From contig CAVVMW010000023.1 of NCBI GenBank assembly GCA_963749495.1, positions 32,001 through 96,000 of the forward strand: DNA of 64,000 nt, written 5' to 3'. A program made the translations under genes and the position numbers. Shown here piece after piece: positions 55,642 through 64,000 of the stretch. Below the pieces are notes generated by a model. It did no database searches. It saw nothing but the letters and a program-made list of their open reading frames with translations, and was not told where the DNA came from. The stretch is from an uncultured bacterium (lineage in GTDB: Bacteria > Verrucomicrobiota > Verrucomicrobiia > Limisphaerales > UBA8199). Within the stretch, counting starts at the first letter, position 1, and each line of letters opens with the position of its first letter.

Positions 55642-56902
55642 GTCGGTGCGGCGGAGGAGAGGAAGCGTGAAACCTGAAACGTGAAACCCATCAGACAGAG
55701 CATTGCTCCCAGGGCGAGCGAGAGCGCGCCGACCACGACGTGCGCGGTCGCAATGTCGGCGGCTTTGTCGGACCAGATCGTTGCCGCGCCCAGCAGCACT
55801 TGCGTGAGGACCAGCCCCACCCAACTCAGCGCCAGCCGGCTCAGCACGCTCCGGGCGCCAAAGCGCAGGCGGACCGACCACGCGCTCGCCGACACGCCCG
55901 CGAGGATCAGCAGCGCCACAATCCGGTGCGCCATCTGCAAGCCAATCTGGAATGCCGTAATCGGATTCACGAACACCGTCTCCAGCCGGTGCTGGTTATA
56001 GAGAGCGACTGAGGCCGGGTCCATGGGCGGCCACAGCTTCCCGTAGGCCAACGGCAAATCCGGAATAGCCAGCCCGGCATGTTGATGCCGCATCGTCGCG
56101 CCCAGGACGAGCTGGGCCAGGATCAGCAGCGCGGTGGCCGGAAGCAGAGAAACGGAGAGCCGTGAGGGAAAGCCAGAGACAGGGTATCGAATGTGGAGGG
56201 ACGCCGGCCTGCGCTTGACGCCCTCGCCCCTCGTCCCTCGCCCCTCGCCCCACCAGCGGCTGGTGAACAGTGCCAGGGCGCAGATCAGCACGAAAAAGAC
56301 CTGGCCCAGCGTCGCGTGAAAAATGCCGAGCTGGTCCTTGAAGAGCACGACTCGCAGCCCGCCCAGAAGGCCTTGCAGCACGACGCCCAGGAACGCGGCC
56401 AGGCCCAGCCGCCGCAGCCATCTCGGGCAGGCTCACATCGCGGCCAGGCAAGGCTCGAGCCCAGCAGCGCCGCGCCCGAAATGCCCAACACCAGCCCATC
56501 GCTCCAGCGCCGCGGCCAGCCGATCACCATCACAAGCGCCCCAGCCACCAGAACCGCCCCCAGCCAACGCATCAAGGGCCGCGCCTTCCTGCCGTAAAGC
56601 CACAGGGCGAGGATGCTGGTCAGCAGACCGACCATCGAGGCCAGCAGGCGATGGGTGTGCTCGTAGTAGATCCCGCCGACCCACTGTGAGACCGGAAAGA
56701 AAAACATGTTGTACCCGTAGGTGTTCGGCCAATCAGGAACGGCCATGCCGGCGCCGTGGCTGGTGACCAGCCCGCCCAGGGCGAGCAACCCCAGCGTGGC
56801 CAACGCCGTCAGCAGCGCAAACGCTGAGAGGCGGGAGTTGGGAGAATATTGAGAATGAGTCTCAATGAAACTCCGAAACATCTCCAACCTCCGGTTGCGC
56901 AT
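55638..56902 (-). CDS. ctaA: Heme A synthase COX15/CtaA (frameshift ~56420)
   Basis: GGLVTS..AGMAVPDWP; YEHTHRL; QGLLGGLRV; HATLGQ; HRIVA; TAHV. Confidence 0.88.
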
Positions 56903-56919
56903 GGGGACGGGGCGTGCGA

Positions 56920-57638
56920 TTACTTGATTTCCAGCCTGAAATCAACCTTGGCCGGTGCGCCCTCTTTGACTTCGATTTCCTGGGTGGCGGGGCAGGCCTT
57001 GCGGTGGGCGGCCTGGATGGTGTATTTGCCGGGCGGCACGTTCGCTATCTTGAAGGTGCCGTCCTTGGCGGAAACCGCGAAGTAGGGATGATCGAAAACG
57101 CTGACCCAGGCGAACATCCAGGCGTGTACGTCGCACTTGAATTTCAGGAACATCTCGGGCTTCGGAAAGCTGAAACCAGGTCCGGGGAGCCGGGGATCTG
57201 GGCCTCGTTCTTCACCGGGTTGCCCAAGCTCTCGGCCGGGTCCGTGTGGACATTGTGCATGACCGGGTCCGAGTTTTTGACCTGGATCTTCTGGCCGGTT
57301 TGGACCGCCAGGATCTGCGGGACGTAGAGACAGTTCTTCTGATCCAGGACAACGGGCTTGGCCGTGGCGCCGGTGGACTTGCCGCTCACGCCTTGAAGGG
57401 AAACCACAACGTCGGCCAGCTCCCCTTTGGGGCCGACAACAAAGAACCGGGTGGTCGGAGTATCCGCCCGCAAATTCTTGCAGTTCACATCGTCTTTGTA
57501 AGGAGTGATTACCTTTTCTTTAGGGGGTGTGCCCTTGAGGGTGACGGTTCCCAGGACGTCTGCGGCCGGGGCGGCGCCGGCGGCCAGGATGAGGCCCGCC
57601 GCCAGAAGGAGGGTGCAGTTGTTTATAAGTTCGTTCAT
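56920..57638 (-). CDS. Secreted carboxypeptidase-regulatory-like/cupredoxin-like protein (frameshift ~57170)
   Basis: LDQKNC.YVP; NSDPVMHNVH; KCDVHAWM; G.FKI.NVPPG.Y. Confidence 0.8.
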
Positions 57639-57779
57639 CAATTGTCGAAAAACGGAGCAAGGTAGCACTCGACAAACGGGGGCGCAAGCGGGTTGAAGGT
57701 GAACTAACATTTGTTATTAGCATACATGATTGTAGAGCCGGCGCATTCCCGTGCGGTCACGCCGCCCGAGGGGGACGAG

Positions 57780-57854
57780 GAATGACGAATGACGAATGAC
57801 GAATGACGAATGACGAAGGACGAATGACGAAGGACGAATGACGAATGACGAATG
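57780..57854 (+). repeat. (GAATGAC)~10 heptamer array; (TTTCACG)n array at ~58025..58058
   Basis: Read directly in the sequence. Confidence 0.9.
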
Positions 57855-58461
57855 GGGCGCGTGAATGACAAGACGAGCGGCGAGGGGCGAGGGGGGAGGG
57901 CGTCCGGCGCGTCCGTCATCCCGGAGGTTTTGGAGTGCGCCAGTCCTCTGGCGTGATCAAATGGCGGCGGGCCAATACGGCTCATAGCCTTGAAGAGGTT
58001 TCATTGACTTTAATTGGATTTAAGTTTCACGTTTCACGTTTCACGTTTCACGTTTCACTCGTCCTCCGTAGTCCCGAGCCTATCGGGACGGATGGTGGAC
58101 GTTCCACGTTTCCTCTCCTCGACGGCGAGGCATTTTGAGAATTCAGCGCCCAGGGTTCGGAGGGCCGGGTCGCCAGAGGCGAGGAGCTCGGAGAGGGATT
58201 GCTGCCCGGCTGCGTGGAGGATGCGGGCACGGAAGCCGGCTTGGGCTTGCCTGGCTTGGGCCTCGGCTTCGATGCGGTCAGCGCGGCGGCGGTCCAGTTG
58301 GAGGGATTGAAAGCTGGAATTTCTCATGGACGCCACTATGCGCCGCCTCGACCGCTCCTGTCCACGGACAGAGCGGACTGTTCGGACAATGCGGAGTTTT
58401 TACGCTTGAGCCGGCTCTCGATGGGGTGGATTTAGGCCGCCCGCGAAGCGGCAATGGCGGG

Positions 58462-58612
58462 TCTTTGTGAATGTCCTCGCGCCGATCCCCACGATTCATC
58501 AGATGGTACAAGGCACCCCGAAACTGAATGCGTAGTTGGCGCGGCAGGGTCCCATTGTGGCTGCCCCGCCCGCGCTGTCACTCGAAAATGCACAATGTAA
58601 GGGCTTGACCCC
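58462..58612 (-). pseudogene. 5' remnant of a REP-associated tyrosine transposase (Y1/RAYT-like)
   Basis: Manual translation PRQLRIQFRGALYHLMNRGDRREDI matches the RAYT N-terminus; upstream end motif ...ttgacccc. Confidence 0.7.
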
Positions 58613-58628
58613 TTTCCCCAAAGAAGTG

Positions 58629-58721
58629 AACCGCGGAACACGCGGAACACGCGAAAAAACCAAAGAGGCCCGCCACTTGGCGGGGCTTTTCATTTCCGCG
58701 TATTCCGCGTAGTCCGCGGTT
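58629..58721. repeat. Gene-less inverted 9-mer tandem element
   Basis: aaccgcggaacacgcggaacacgcgaaa ... tttccgcgtattccgcgtagtccgcggtt. Confidence 0.85.
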
Positions 58722-58938
58722 TATTTCCCGCCCTCGGCCCCGATGGTCCGGTCCACAACCTAGCCGGCCGTGACATCACCCGCGCAGCGTCAAAACCGCC
58801 GGCGCGGCAAAAACCAAATTCTTATCAGTTTCTGGAGCGAGCTGCTGGCCGACAACGCCGATCTCATCAACACCGACAACCTCGAAGGAGCGCAGACGTT
58901 CCTGATGAAAAAGTGAGGGTGGGCCTGGGGACGGATTT

Positions 58939-59483
58939 TTTAACCGCAAAGAACACAAAGAACGCAAAGAAGAGAGATTTCCGTTTCCTCTTTGCGTTCT
59001 CTGTCAGCGTTCTTTGCTGTTAAATAGACCGAAATCACTATGAAAGACATCAGAGCCTTAAGCGACCAAGTACGGCAGACGGCATACGCCATTCACGTGT
59101 ACCATGGGCACGGTCACCTGGAGAAAGTGTATGAGAACGCCCTGGCTCACCGGCTCAGCAAGGCGGGTCTGGCAGTCGAACAGCAGCACCCCATCAAGGT
59201 CTATGATGAGGATGGCACGCTCATTGGCGATTACCTTGCCAACCTGCTGGTGGAGGGTGAACTCATCGTAGAGCTGAAAGCGGTCAAGGCCCTGGCGAAC
59301 GAGCACGAAGCGCAAGTCCTGGGTTATTTGAAGTCCTCTCGCCTGGAGCACGGCCTCCTGATCAACTTCGGCTCTTACAAATTCGAAATCCGCAAGTTCG
59401 CCTTGAGCACGGGCGCCGCTCAGCCGCCAACCGGCCCACTGCTGTCCTTTCTCTCTGCGTTCTTTGCGTTCTTTGCGGTTAAA
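58939..59483. mobile_element. Putative element: GxxExxY gene bounded by inverted 9-mer tandem arrays
   Basis: 58939..58970 versus the reverse complement of 59452..59483 match at 30/32; an extra reverse array lies at 58989..59024. Confidence 0.6.
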
Positions 59484-59486
59484 TAA
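59040..59486 (+). CDS. GxxExxY protein (PD-(D/E)XK nuclease-like fold)
   Basis: GHLEKVYENAL; IVELKAV; HEAQVLGYLK; GLLINFG. Confidence 0.92.
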   Translation: MKDIRALSDQVRQTAYAIHVYHGHGHLEKVYENALAHRLSKAGLAVEQQHPIKVYDEDGTLIGDYLANLLVEGELIVELKAVKALANEHEAQVLGYLKSSRLEHGLLINFGSYKFEIRKFALSTGAAQPPTGPLLSFLSAFFAFFAVK

Positions 59487-59538
59487 TTTCTGTCACACGC
59501 CCGCCTGACTCAAACCAAACCCATTGGTCAAACCCATT

Positions 59539-59931
59539 GGGGTCATGACTTGTCATTTGGACAATCGGTCCAAGATTGCGGCTATTTCTTCTCGCAGGCG
59601 GGGATCGGCTTGGAGGCGCCGGCCAAAGCGGGCGAGGGCTTTGCTCACTACGGCGTAGTCCAAACCGCCAGTTAACTCAAACCCATAACCGGGCCAGCGG
59701 CTGGCGCCAGGCCCACGCCAGCGGCGGCCGGTAGTCGGCGTAGCCGGGATACGAAAAAATGGAAATGGTCTGCGTCATCACGGAAGATGTCCTGCCGCTC
59801 ATTGCCGCGGGCGGTGACGTGATACCGGCCGCCCGTCCGTTCGATGCGCAACGCGCGTGCCATGGGCCAGTGGAATCATCCCGGAATCCCGGCGTCCAAT
59901 GCCAATTGTCCAAATGACAAGACATGACCCC
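59539..59931 (-). pseudogene. Internally deleted RAYT-like element with 27-bp terminal inverted repeats
   Basis: MARALRIERTGGRYHVTARGNERQDIFRDDAD N-terminus; C-terminal remnant GGLDYAVVSKALARF; inverted repeats 59539..59565 / 59905..59931 (26/27). Confidence 0.8.
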
Positions 59932-59989
59932 GATGGTTTGCGTCCGAGGGGCGAGGGGCGAGGGGCGAGGCAGTGCGGGCCGCCGTCAT

Positions 59990-60083
59990 CCCGAAGGTTT
60001 TGGACTGCGCCAGTCCTCTGGCGCTTTTTGGACGCTGGGGACACAAAAGCGCCAGAGGACTGGCGCAGTCCAAAACCTTCGGG
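59990..60083. repeat. Perfect 39-bp inverted REP doublet downstream of ribH (possible terminator)
   Basis: cccgaaggttttggactgcgccagtcctctggcgctttt, a 16-nt loop, then its reverse complement. Confidence 0.9.
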
Positions 60084-60102
60084 CTTTGGGGTCAGTTCCT
60101 CG

Positions 60103-60600
60103 TCAGCGCAGTTGCCGCATGACGCGGGCCATGGCCAGGGCGGTTTGGGCGGCTTCGGCGCCGCGGTTGTGGGTCTTGCCCAGGCACCGGGCGCGGGCCT
60201 GCTCCTCGTTTTCCAGGAGCAGGACCTCGTGGATGACGGGGACGAAGTATCGAAGTTGGATAGCCATGAGGGCGCGGCTGACGGCCTCGCCGATGTGGGC
60301 GGCATGGACGGTTTGGCCGCGCAGGATGACGCCCAGGCAGATGATGGCGGAGGGGGGCTCGCGGCGTGTCTGGCTGGGGACATCGGGGCGGGCGGCGCTG
60401 GCCAGGCGGGCGGCGATGATGGGGATCTCAAAGGCGCCGGGCACGCGGAAGACCTGGGTGCGCCGGGCGCCGGCGCGCCTCAGTTCGGCCCGGGCTGCCC
60501 GGAGCATGGCCTCGACATAGCGGCCGTTGTAGAGGGAGGCCACGATGGCAAAGGAGGCCTGGCCGGCCCGAATGGACTTGGGTTGGACGGGGGTCAACAT
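60103..60600 (-). CDS. ribH: 6,7-dimethyl-8-ribityllumazine synthase
   Basis: VPGAFEIP; ICLGVILRGQTVH; GAEAA.TAL.M. Confidence 0.92.
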   Translation of the reverse strand: MLTPVQPKSIRAGQASFAIVASLYNGRYVEAMLRAARAELRRAGARRTQVFRVPGAFEIPIIAARLASAARPDVPSQTRREPPSAIICLGVILRGQTVHAAHIGEAVSRALMAIQLRYFVPVIHEVLLLENEEQARARCLGKTHNRGAEAAQTALAMARVMRQLR

Positions 60601-60637
60601 GGCCTCAGAGCGTGGCCGAGAAACTCCGATTGCGAAT

Positions 60638-60715
60638 CTTTGTCGCAGCCTTTGTCGCGACCCTTCTCGAAAAATGGTGAATCCGACAAAGGTTGCGACA
60701 AAGGCTGCGACAAAG
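60638..60715. repeat. Inverted 12-mer tandem arrays between ribBA and ribH
   Basis: ctttgtcgcagc repeats / gcgacaaagg(t/c)t repeats. Confidence 0.85.
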
Positions 60716-60747
60716 TTTTCATTCGGGCGAGTTTTTCGGAGGGCTTC

Positions 60748-61947
60748 TCAGAGCAGATGCCCAAGCTTCTCACGTTTGGTGCGCAGGTAGCGGGCGTTGT
60801 GCGGGTTGGGCTTTATCTTGATGGGCAGTTGTTCGACGATGGTCAGGCCGTAGCCTTCGAGGCCGACGATCTTGCGCGGGTTGTTGGTGAGCAGGCGGAT
60901 GGTCTTGAGGCCCAGGTCGGCCAGGATCTGGGCGCCGATGCCATATTCGCGGAGGTCCATGCCGAAGCCCAGTTTCCGGTTGGCCTCGACGGTATCGTAT
61001 CCTTGTTCCTGGAGCTTATAGGCCTTGATTTTGGGGCCCAGGCCGATGCCGCGCCCTTCCTGGCGCATATACACGATGACGCCGCAGCCGGCCTGGGCGA
61101 TCTGGCGCATGGCCTGGCGCAGTTGCGGGCCGCAATCGCAGCGGCGCGAACCGAAGACATCGCCGGTGAGGCACTCGCTGTGGACGCGCACCAGCACATC
61201 CGGCTTTGAGGCGGGATTGCCGCAGACCAGGGCCAGGTGGTGCTGGCCGTCGATCTTCGATTGATATAGGTAGAGATCGAAGTCGCCGTGCTCGGTGGGG
61301 AGTTTGACGATCTCCCGGCGCTCGACCAGTTTCTCGCGGGTGCTGCGGTAGTGGATGAGGTCGGCGATGGTGCAGATCTTGAGCCGGTGGTTCCGGGCGA
61401 AGCGGGTCAACTCGGGCAGGCGGGCCATCGAGCCGTCGTTGCTCATGATTTCGCAGATGACGCCGATGGGGCGGCAGCCGGCGAGCTTGACCAGGTCCAC
61501 CGCGGCCTCGGTATGGCCAGCGCGCTGGAGGACGCCCCCGGGTTGGGCGCGCAAGGGGAACATGTGTCCGGGCTGAATGAGGTCCTCGGGGCCGGAGGCC
61601 GGCTGAGCCATCATCCGGATGGTATGGGCGCGGTCGGCGGCGCTGATGCCCGTGGTGATGCCGCGGGCGGCGTCCACGCTGACCTGGAAATCGGTCTTGA
61701 AGGCCTCGCGGCTTTGGACGGCCATGCGCCCGATGCCGAGCTGTTGCAGGCGCTCGGAGGTGGTGGGCACGCAGATGAGACCGCGGGCGTGCTTGACCAT
61801 GAAATTGACGGCCGCCGGCGTGATAAACTGGCCGGCCATGATCAGATCGCCTTCGTTCTCGCGACTGGGGTCGTCCACCACGATCACCATTTTGCCCTGC
61901 CCCAAGTCCTCAGCCGCGGATTCCACAGAATCAAACCGTTGAACCAT
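60748..61947 (-). CDS. ribBA: Bifunctional DHBP synthase / GTP cyclohydrolase II
   Basis: DD..RENEGD; TGISAADRA; RAGHTEA; RVHSECLTGDVFGS.RCDCG; QEGRGIG; LTNNP.K. Confidence 0.97.
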   Translation of the reverse strand: MVQRFDSVESAAEDLGQGKMVIVVDDPSRENEGDLIMAGQFITPAAVNFMVKHARGLICVPTTSERLQQLGIGRMAVQSREAFKTDFQVSVDAARGITTGISAADRAHTIRMMAQPASGPEDLIQPGHMFPLRAQPGGVLQRAGHTEAAVDLVKLAGCRPIGVICEIMSNDGSMARLPELTRFARNHRLKICTIADLIHYRSTREKLVERREIVKLPTEHGDFDLYLYQSKIDGQHHLALVCGNPASKPDVLVRVHSECLTGDVFGSRRCDCGPQLRQAMRQIAQAGCGVIVYMRQEGRGIGLGPKIKAYKLQEQGYDTVEANRKLGFGMDLREYGIGAQILADLGLKTIRLLTNNPRKIVGLEGYGLTIVEQLPIKIKPNPHNARYLRTKREKLGHLL

Positions 61948-62096
61948 AACTCATGTCGTTGGGCCACAGGGTAGCGGGAGCCCTGCCGGTTGACAGCTAG
62001 AAAATGCGTGAAACGTGAAAGAGAGCGGGGGCCGTGGCTGTCCCTCTTGTCCCTTGTGTCGCTTTTGTCCCTTTTGTCCCTTGCGAGCGCTGCCCG

Positions 62097-63509
62097 CTAT
62101 CTGAGGAACAACAGCCAGATCAGCGCCAGCAGCGGTCCCATGCAGGGCACGGCATAGCAAAGGACAAATCCAAGGAACCCGGGGGTGCGCAGCTTGTGGT
62201 GGTCGGCGATGGCCTTGACCATGAGATTGGGCCCGTTGCCGATATAGGTGTTGGCGCCGAAAAAGACAGTGCCCAGGCTGATGGCCAGCAGGTAGGAACT
62301 GAGCGAGTCGTTGGCCAGCAGGAAGGCGGTCTGGATCTCGTTTGGGCCGACCTGGCTCGAGGCCAAGGCGGAGCCGTGGCAGTGCTGCAGGGCCTGAAAG
62401 GTGAGCCAAATCGGGCCGTCGTGGGGCCCGGCGGCACCGTGGCTCTGAATCAGGGCCTGCACCTGGCCCACTGTCTCGGGGCCGACGAACAGGCCGAAGG
62501 CGGCGCTGAGGAAACCCAGGTAAGCCGGGGCACTGTCCAGCAGGCTGGAGAGCAACCCGCTGGCCCAGTAAAAGGAGGCCGGGCTGGGCCTGCCCAGGCG
62601 CCCGGCATGGGTCTGCAGCCAATCCAGGGCCGGCATCATGGTGGCGAAGATGCCCGCGAACAGGATAGCCACTTCGATGAGGGGCTGCAGGCTGAATTGG
62701 TTGGCCTCGTGCACCGGTTTTCTCGTGGTGACGAAGGACGCCCCGGCGGCCAGGAGCATCAGCGTTTCACGGAGGTAAATGGGGTGGTTGATGAAGACAG
62801 TGCCCAGGATGACGAGCAGCCAGAGCATGTTGCCCAAGCCCTGGAAACGCCACTGCTCCGGCGGGCGCGTCTGTTCGGCCTGGACCGCCCGGGGAGCGCG
62901 GCGGTAATTCAGACTGTCCACCAGGTAAAACGCCCCGAGCAGAAAGGCCACCGCCACCGCCCACATCGGCCAGCAATGCTCGGCCACCCACCAGAAGGGA
63001 ATCCCCTGGAGATAGCCCAGAAACAATGGCGGGTCCCCAACGGGCGTCAGGCAGCCACCCACGTTCGACACGATGAAGATAAAGAACACGACGTGGTGCG
63101 CGGCGGCGCGGTATTGGTTCATCCGGAGCCAGGGCCGGATGAGCAGCATCGAGGCCCCGGTGGTGCCCAGCACGTTGGCAATAACGGCCCCCACAAACAG
63201 GAAGAGCGTGTTCAGGGACGGCGTTGCCTCGCCCTTGACGTTGATGTGAATGCCGCCGGCCACCACGAAGAGCGAGCCAATCAACACGATGAAACTGAAA
63301 TAGTCGTGCCCGGCCTGCTGCACCCGCCCGAAGGCCTGCAGGACCAACAGGTAATAGCCCGCCGTGACGCCCGCCAGCACCGCCGCTACCTTGGGATAGT
63401 GCCGGGCCCACCAACGGGGCCGAACCACCGGCCCCGCCGCGATGCAGGCCAGCATCAGCCCAAACGGCAGAATCATCCACGGGTTTGGTTCCAGGGAATG
63501 ATCGCCCAT
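62097..63509 (-). CDS. Putative Na+/H+ antiporter (IT superfamily)
   Basis: GTTGASMLLIRP; SNVGG.LTP.GDPPLFLG; GANTYIGNGPN.MVK. Confidence 0.85.
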   Translation of the reverse strand: MGDHSLEPNPWMILPFGLMLACIAAGPVVRPRWWARHYPKVAAVLAGVTAGYYLLVLQAFGRVQQAGHDYFSFIVLIGSLFVVAGGIHINVKGEATPSLNTLFLFVGAVIANVLGTTGASMLLIRPWLRMNQYRAAAHHVVFFIFIVSNVGGCLTPVGDPPLFLGYLQGIPFWWVAEHCWPMWAVAVAFLLGAFYLVDSLNYRRAPRAVQAEQTRPPEQWRFQGLGNMLWLLVILGTVFINHPIYLRETLMLLAAGASFVTTRKPVHEANQFSLQPLIEVAILFAGIFATMMPALDWLQTHAGRLGRPSPASFYWASGLLSSLLDSAPAYLGFLSAAFGLFVGPETVGQVQALIQSHGAAGPHDGPIWLTFQALQHCHGSALASSQVGPNEIQTAFLLANDSLSSYLLAISLGTVFFGANTYIGNGPNLMVKAIADHHKLRTPGFLGFVLCYAVPCMGPLLALIWLLFLR

Positions 63510-63580
63510 CCCGCTCACACTAGCGGCCCTCCTCGGCGCGTCAAACAGAATTGGACCCCCGTCCCCCAGGCAGGCGTAAC

Positions 63581-63691
63581 CGGAGTGCGCCCGTCCCCGG
63601 GCGCAGCAGCGGCGGAGCGGGCCGGCGCGCCGGAGTACTTGACGGCTCCCCTGGCTGCGGACGCCGCTGCGCCCGAGGACGGGCGCACTCC
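63581..63691. repeat. Intergenic copy of the 30191..30302 REP/MITE element
   Basis: Same terminal inverted repeat and a similar internal sequence. Confidence 0.9.
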
Positions 63692-63763
63692 CATCTCGCC
63701 CCTCCTTCGCAGAGGTCAAGACCCCATATCTTCGCCCGTGCTCAGACACTATAATGCCGCGCG

Positions 63764-64000
63764 ATGAAGATACTCCTGCGCCATGCCGAGAGCCGGCTCT
63801 ACTACGCAACCAGCGACCGGTGGGTCGCTCATCCCGGCATGGCCCGCGATTTTGGAGACGTGGACCAGGCGGTCGCGGCGGCCAGGCGCGAGCGGTTGCC
63901 CGACATGGAAGTGGTCTTGAGCTTCAACCATCCTCCAGGCGAGTTGCTCCTGCCGCTGGCGGCCAAGCCCGCCCGCCGTCAGGCGCAAGAGCAGGACACC
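63764..64000 (+). CDS. Small hypothetical protein (partial)
   Basis: MKILLRHAESRLYYATSDRWV...ARDF... stays open to the window end; TATAAT at 63750..63755. Confidence 0.55.
   Translation, partial: MKILLRHAESRLYYATSDRWVAHPGMARDFGDVDQAVAAARRERLPDMEVVLSFNHPPGELLLPLAAKPARRQAQEQDT

Noticed and set aside
57713..57714. taacatttgtta-like palindrome near 57704..57715, upstream of the cox operon, as an FNR/Rex site
   Set aside because: It is too short and does not match either consensus well enough to call.
58055..58336. 93-aa ORF as a functional gene
   Set aside because: No recognisable family; it lies in mobile debris and may be a fragment.
57780..60083. Possible CRISPR array among the short repeats
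   Set aside because: Units are 7-12 bp, contiguous and lack unique spacers; no cas genes are in the window.
61948..62096. FMN riboswitch upstream of ribBA
   Set aside because: No conserved RFN motifs are visible; the spacer is short and filled with 7- and 9-mer repeats.

Overview
High-GC bacterial chromosomal window, most likely Verrucomicrobiota (inferred from the GloVer-repeat protein, ECF-sigma fusion proteins and cox gene set). Many single-base indels break conserved genes (purN, flgL, ctaA), which suggests long-read assembly error. Left to right: (1) a minus-strand secreted-protein operon (PA14/lectin protein, helical-repeat protein, orphan secreted protein, at least 3 tandem secreted paralogs) whose first gene is split by a head-to-tail ISKra4-family dimer with a 9-bp target duplication; (2) a LuxR-type regulator; (3) a sigma54-led flagellar cluster flgFGAHIJNKL, then fliW-csrA-fliC; (4) a probable single ~11.3-kb gene encoding a methyltransferase, seven glycosyltransferase domains and TPRs directly after flagellin; (5) a 14-repeat GloVer protein and two ECF sigma factors fused to extracytoplasmic domains; (6) purN, a secreted protein, mgtA, and an A-family cytochrome c oxidase operon apparently lacking the K-channel lysine; (7) a hotspot with a GxxExxY nuclease-fold gene flanked by inverted tandem 9-mer arrays, plus decayed RAYT genes; (8) ribH, ribBA and a Na+/H+ antiporter. 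The window is saturated with 7-, 8-, 9- and 12-mer tandem arrays (often as inverted pairs) and REP-like palindromes, many of them inserted in frame inside proteins. No rRNA, tRNA or CRISPR array was seen.
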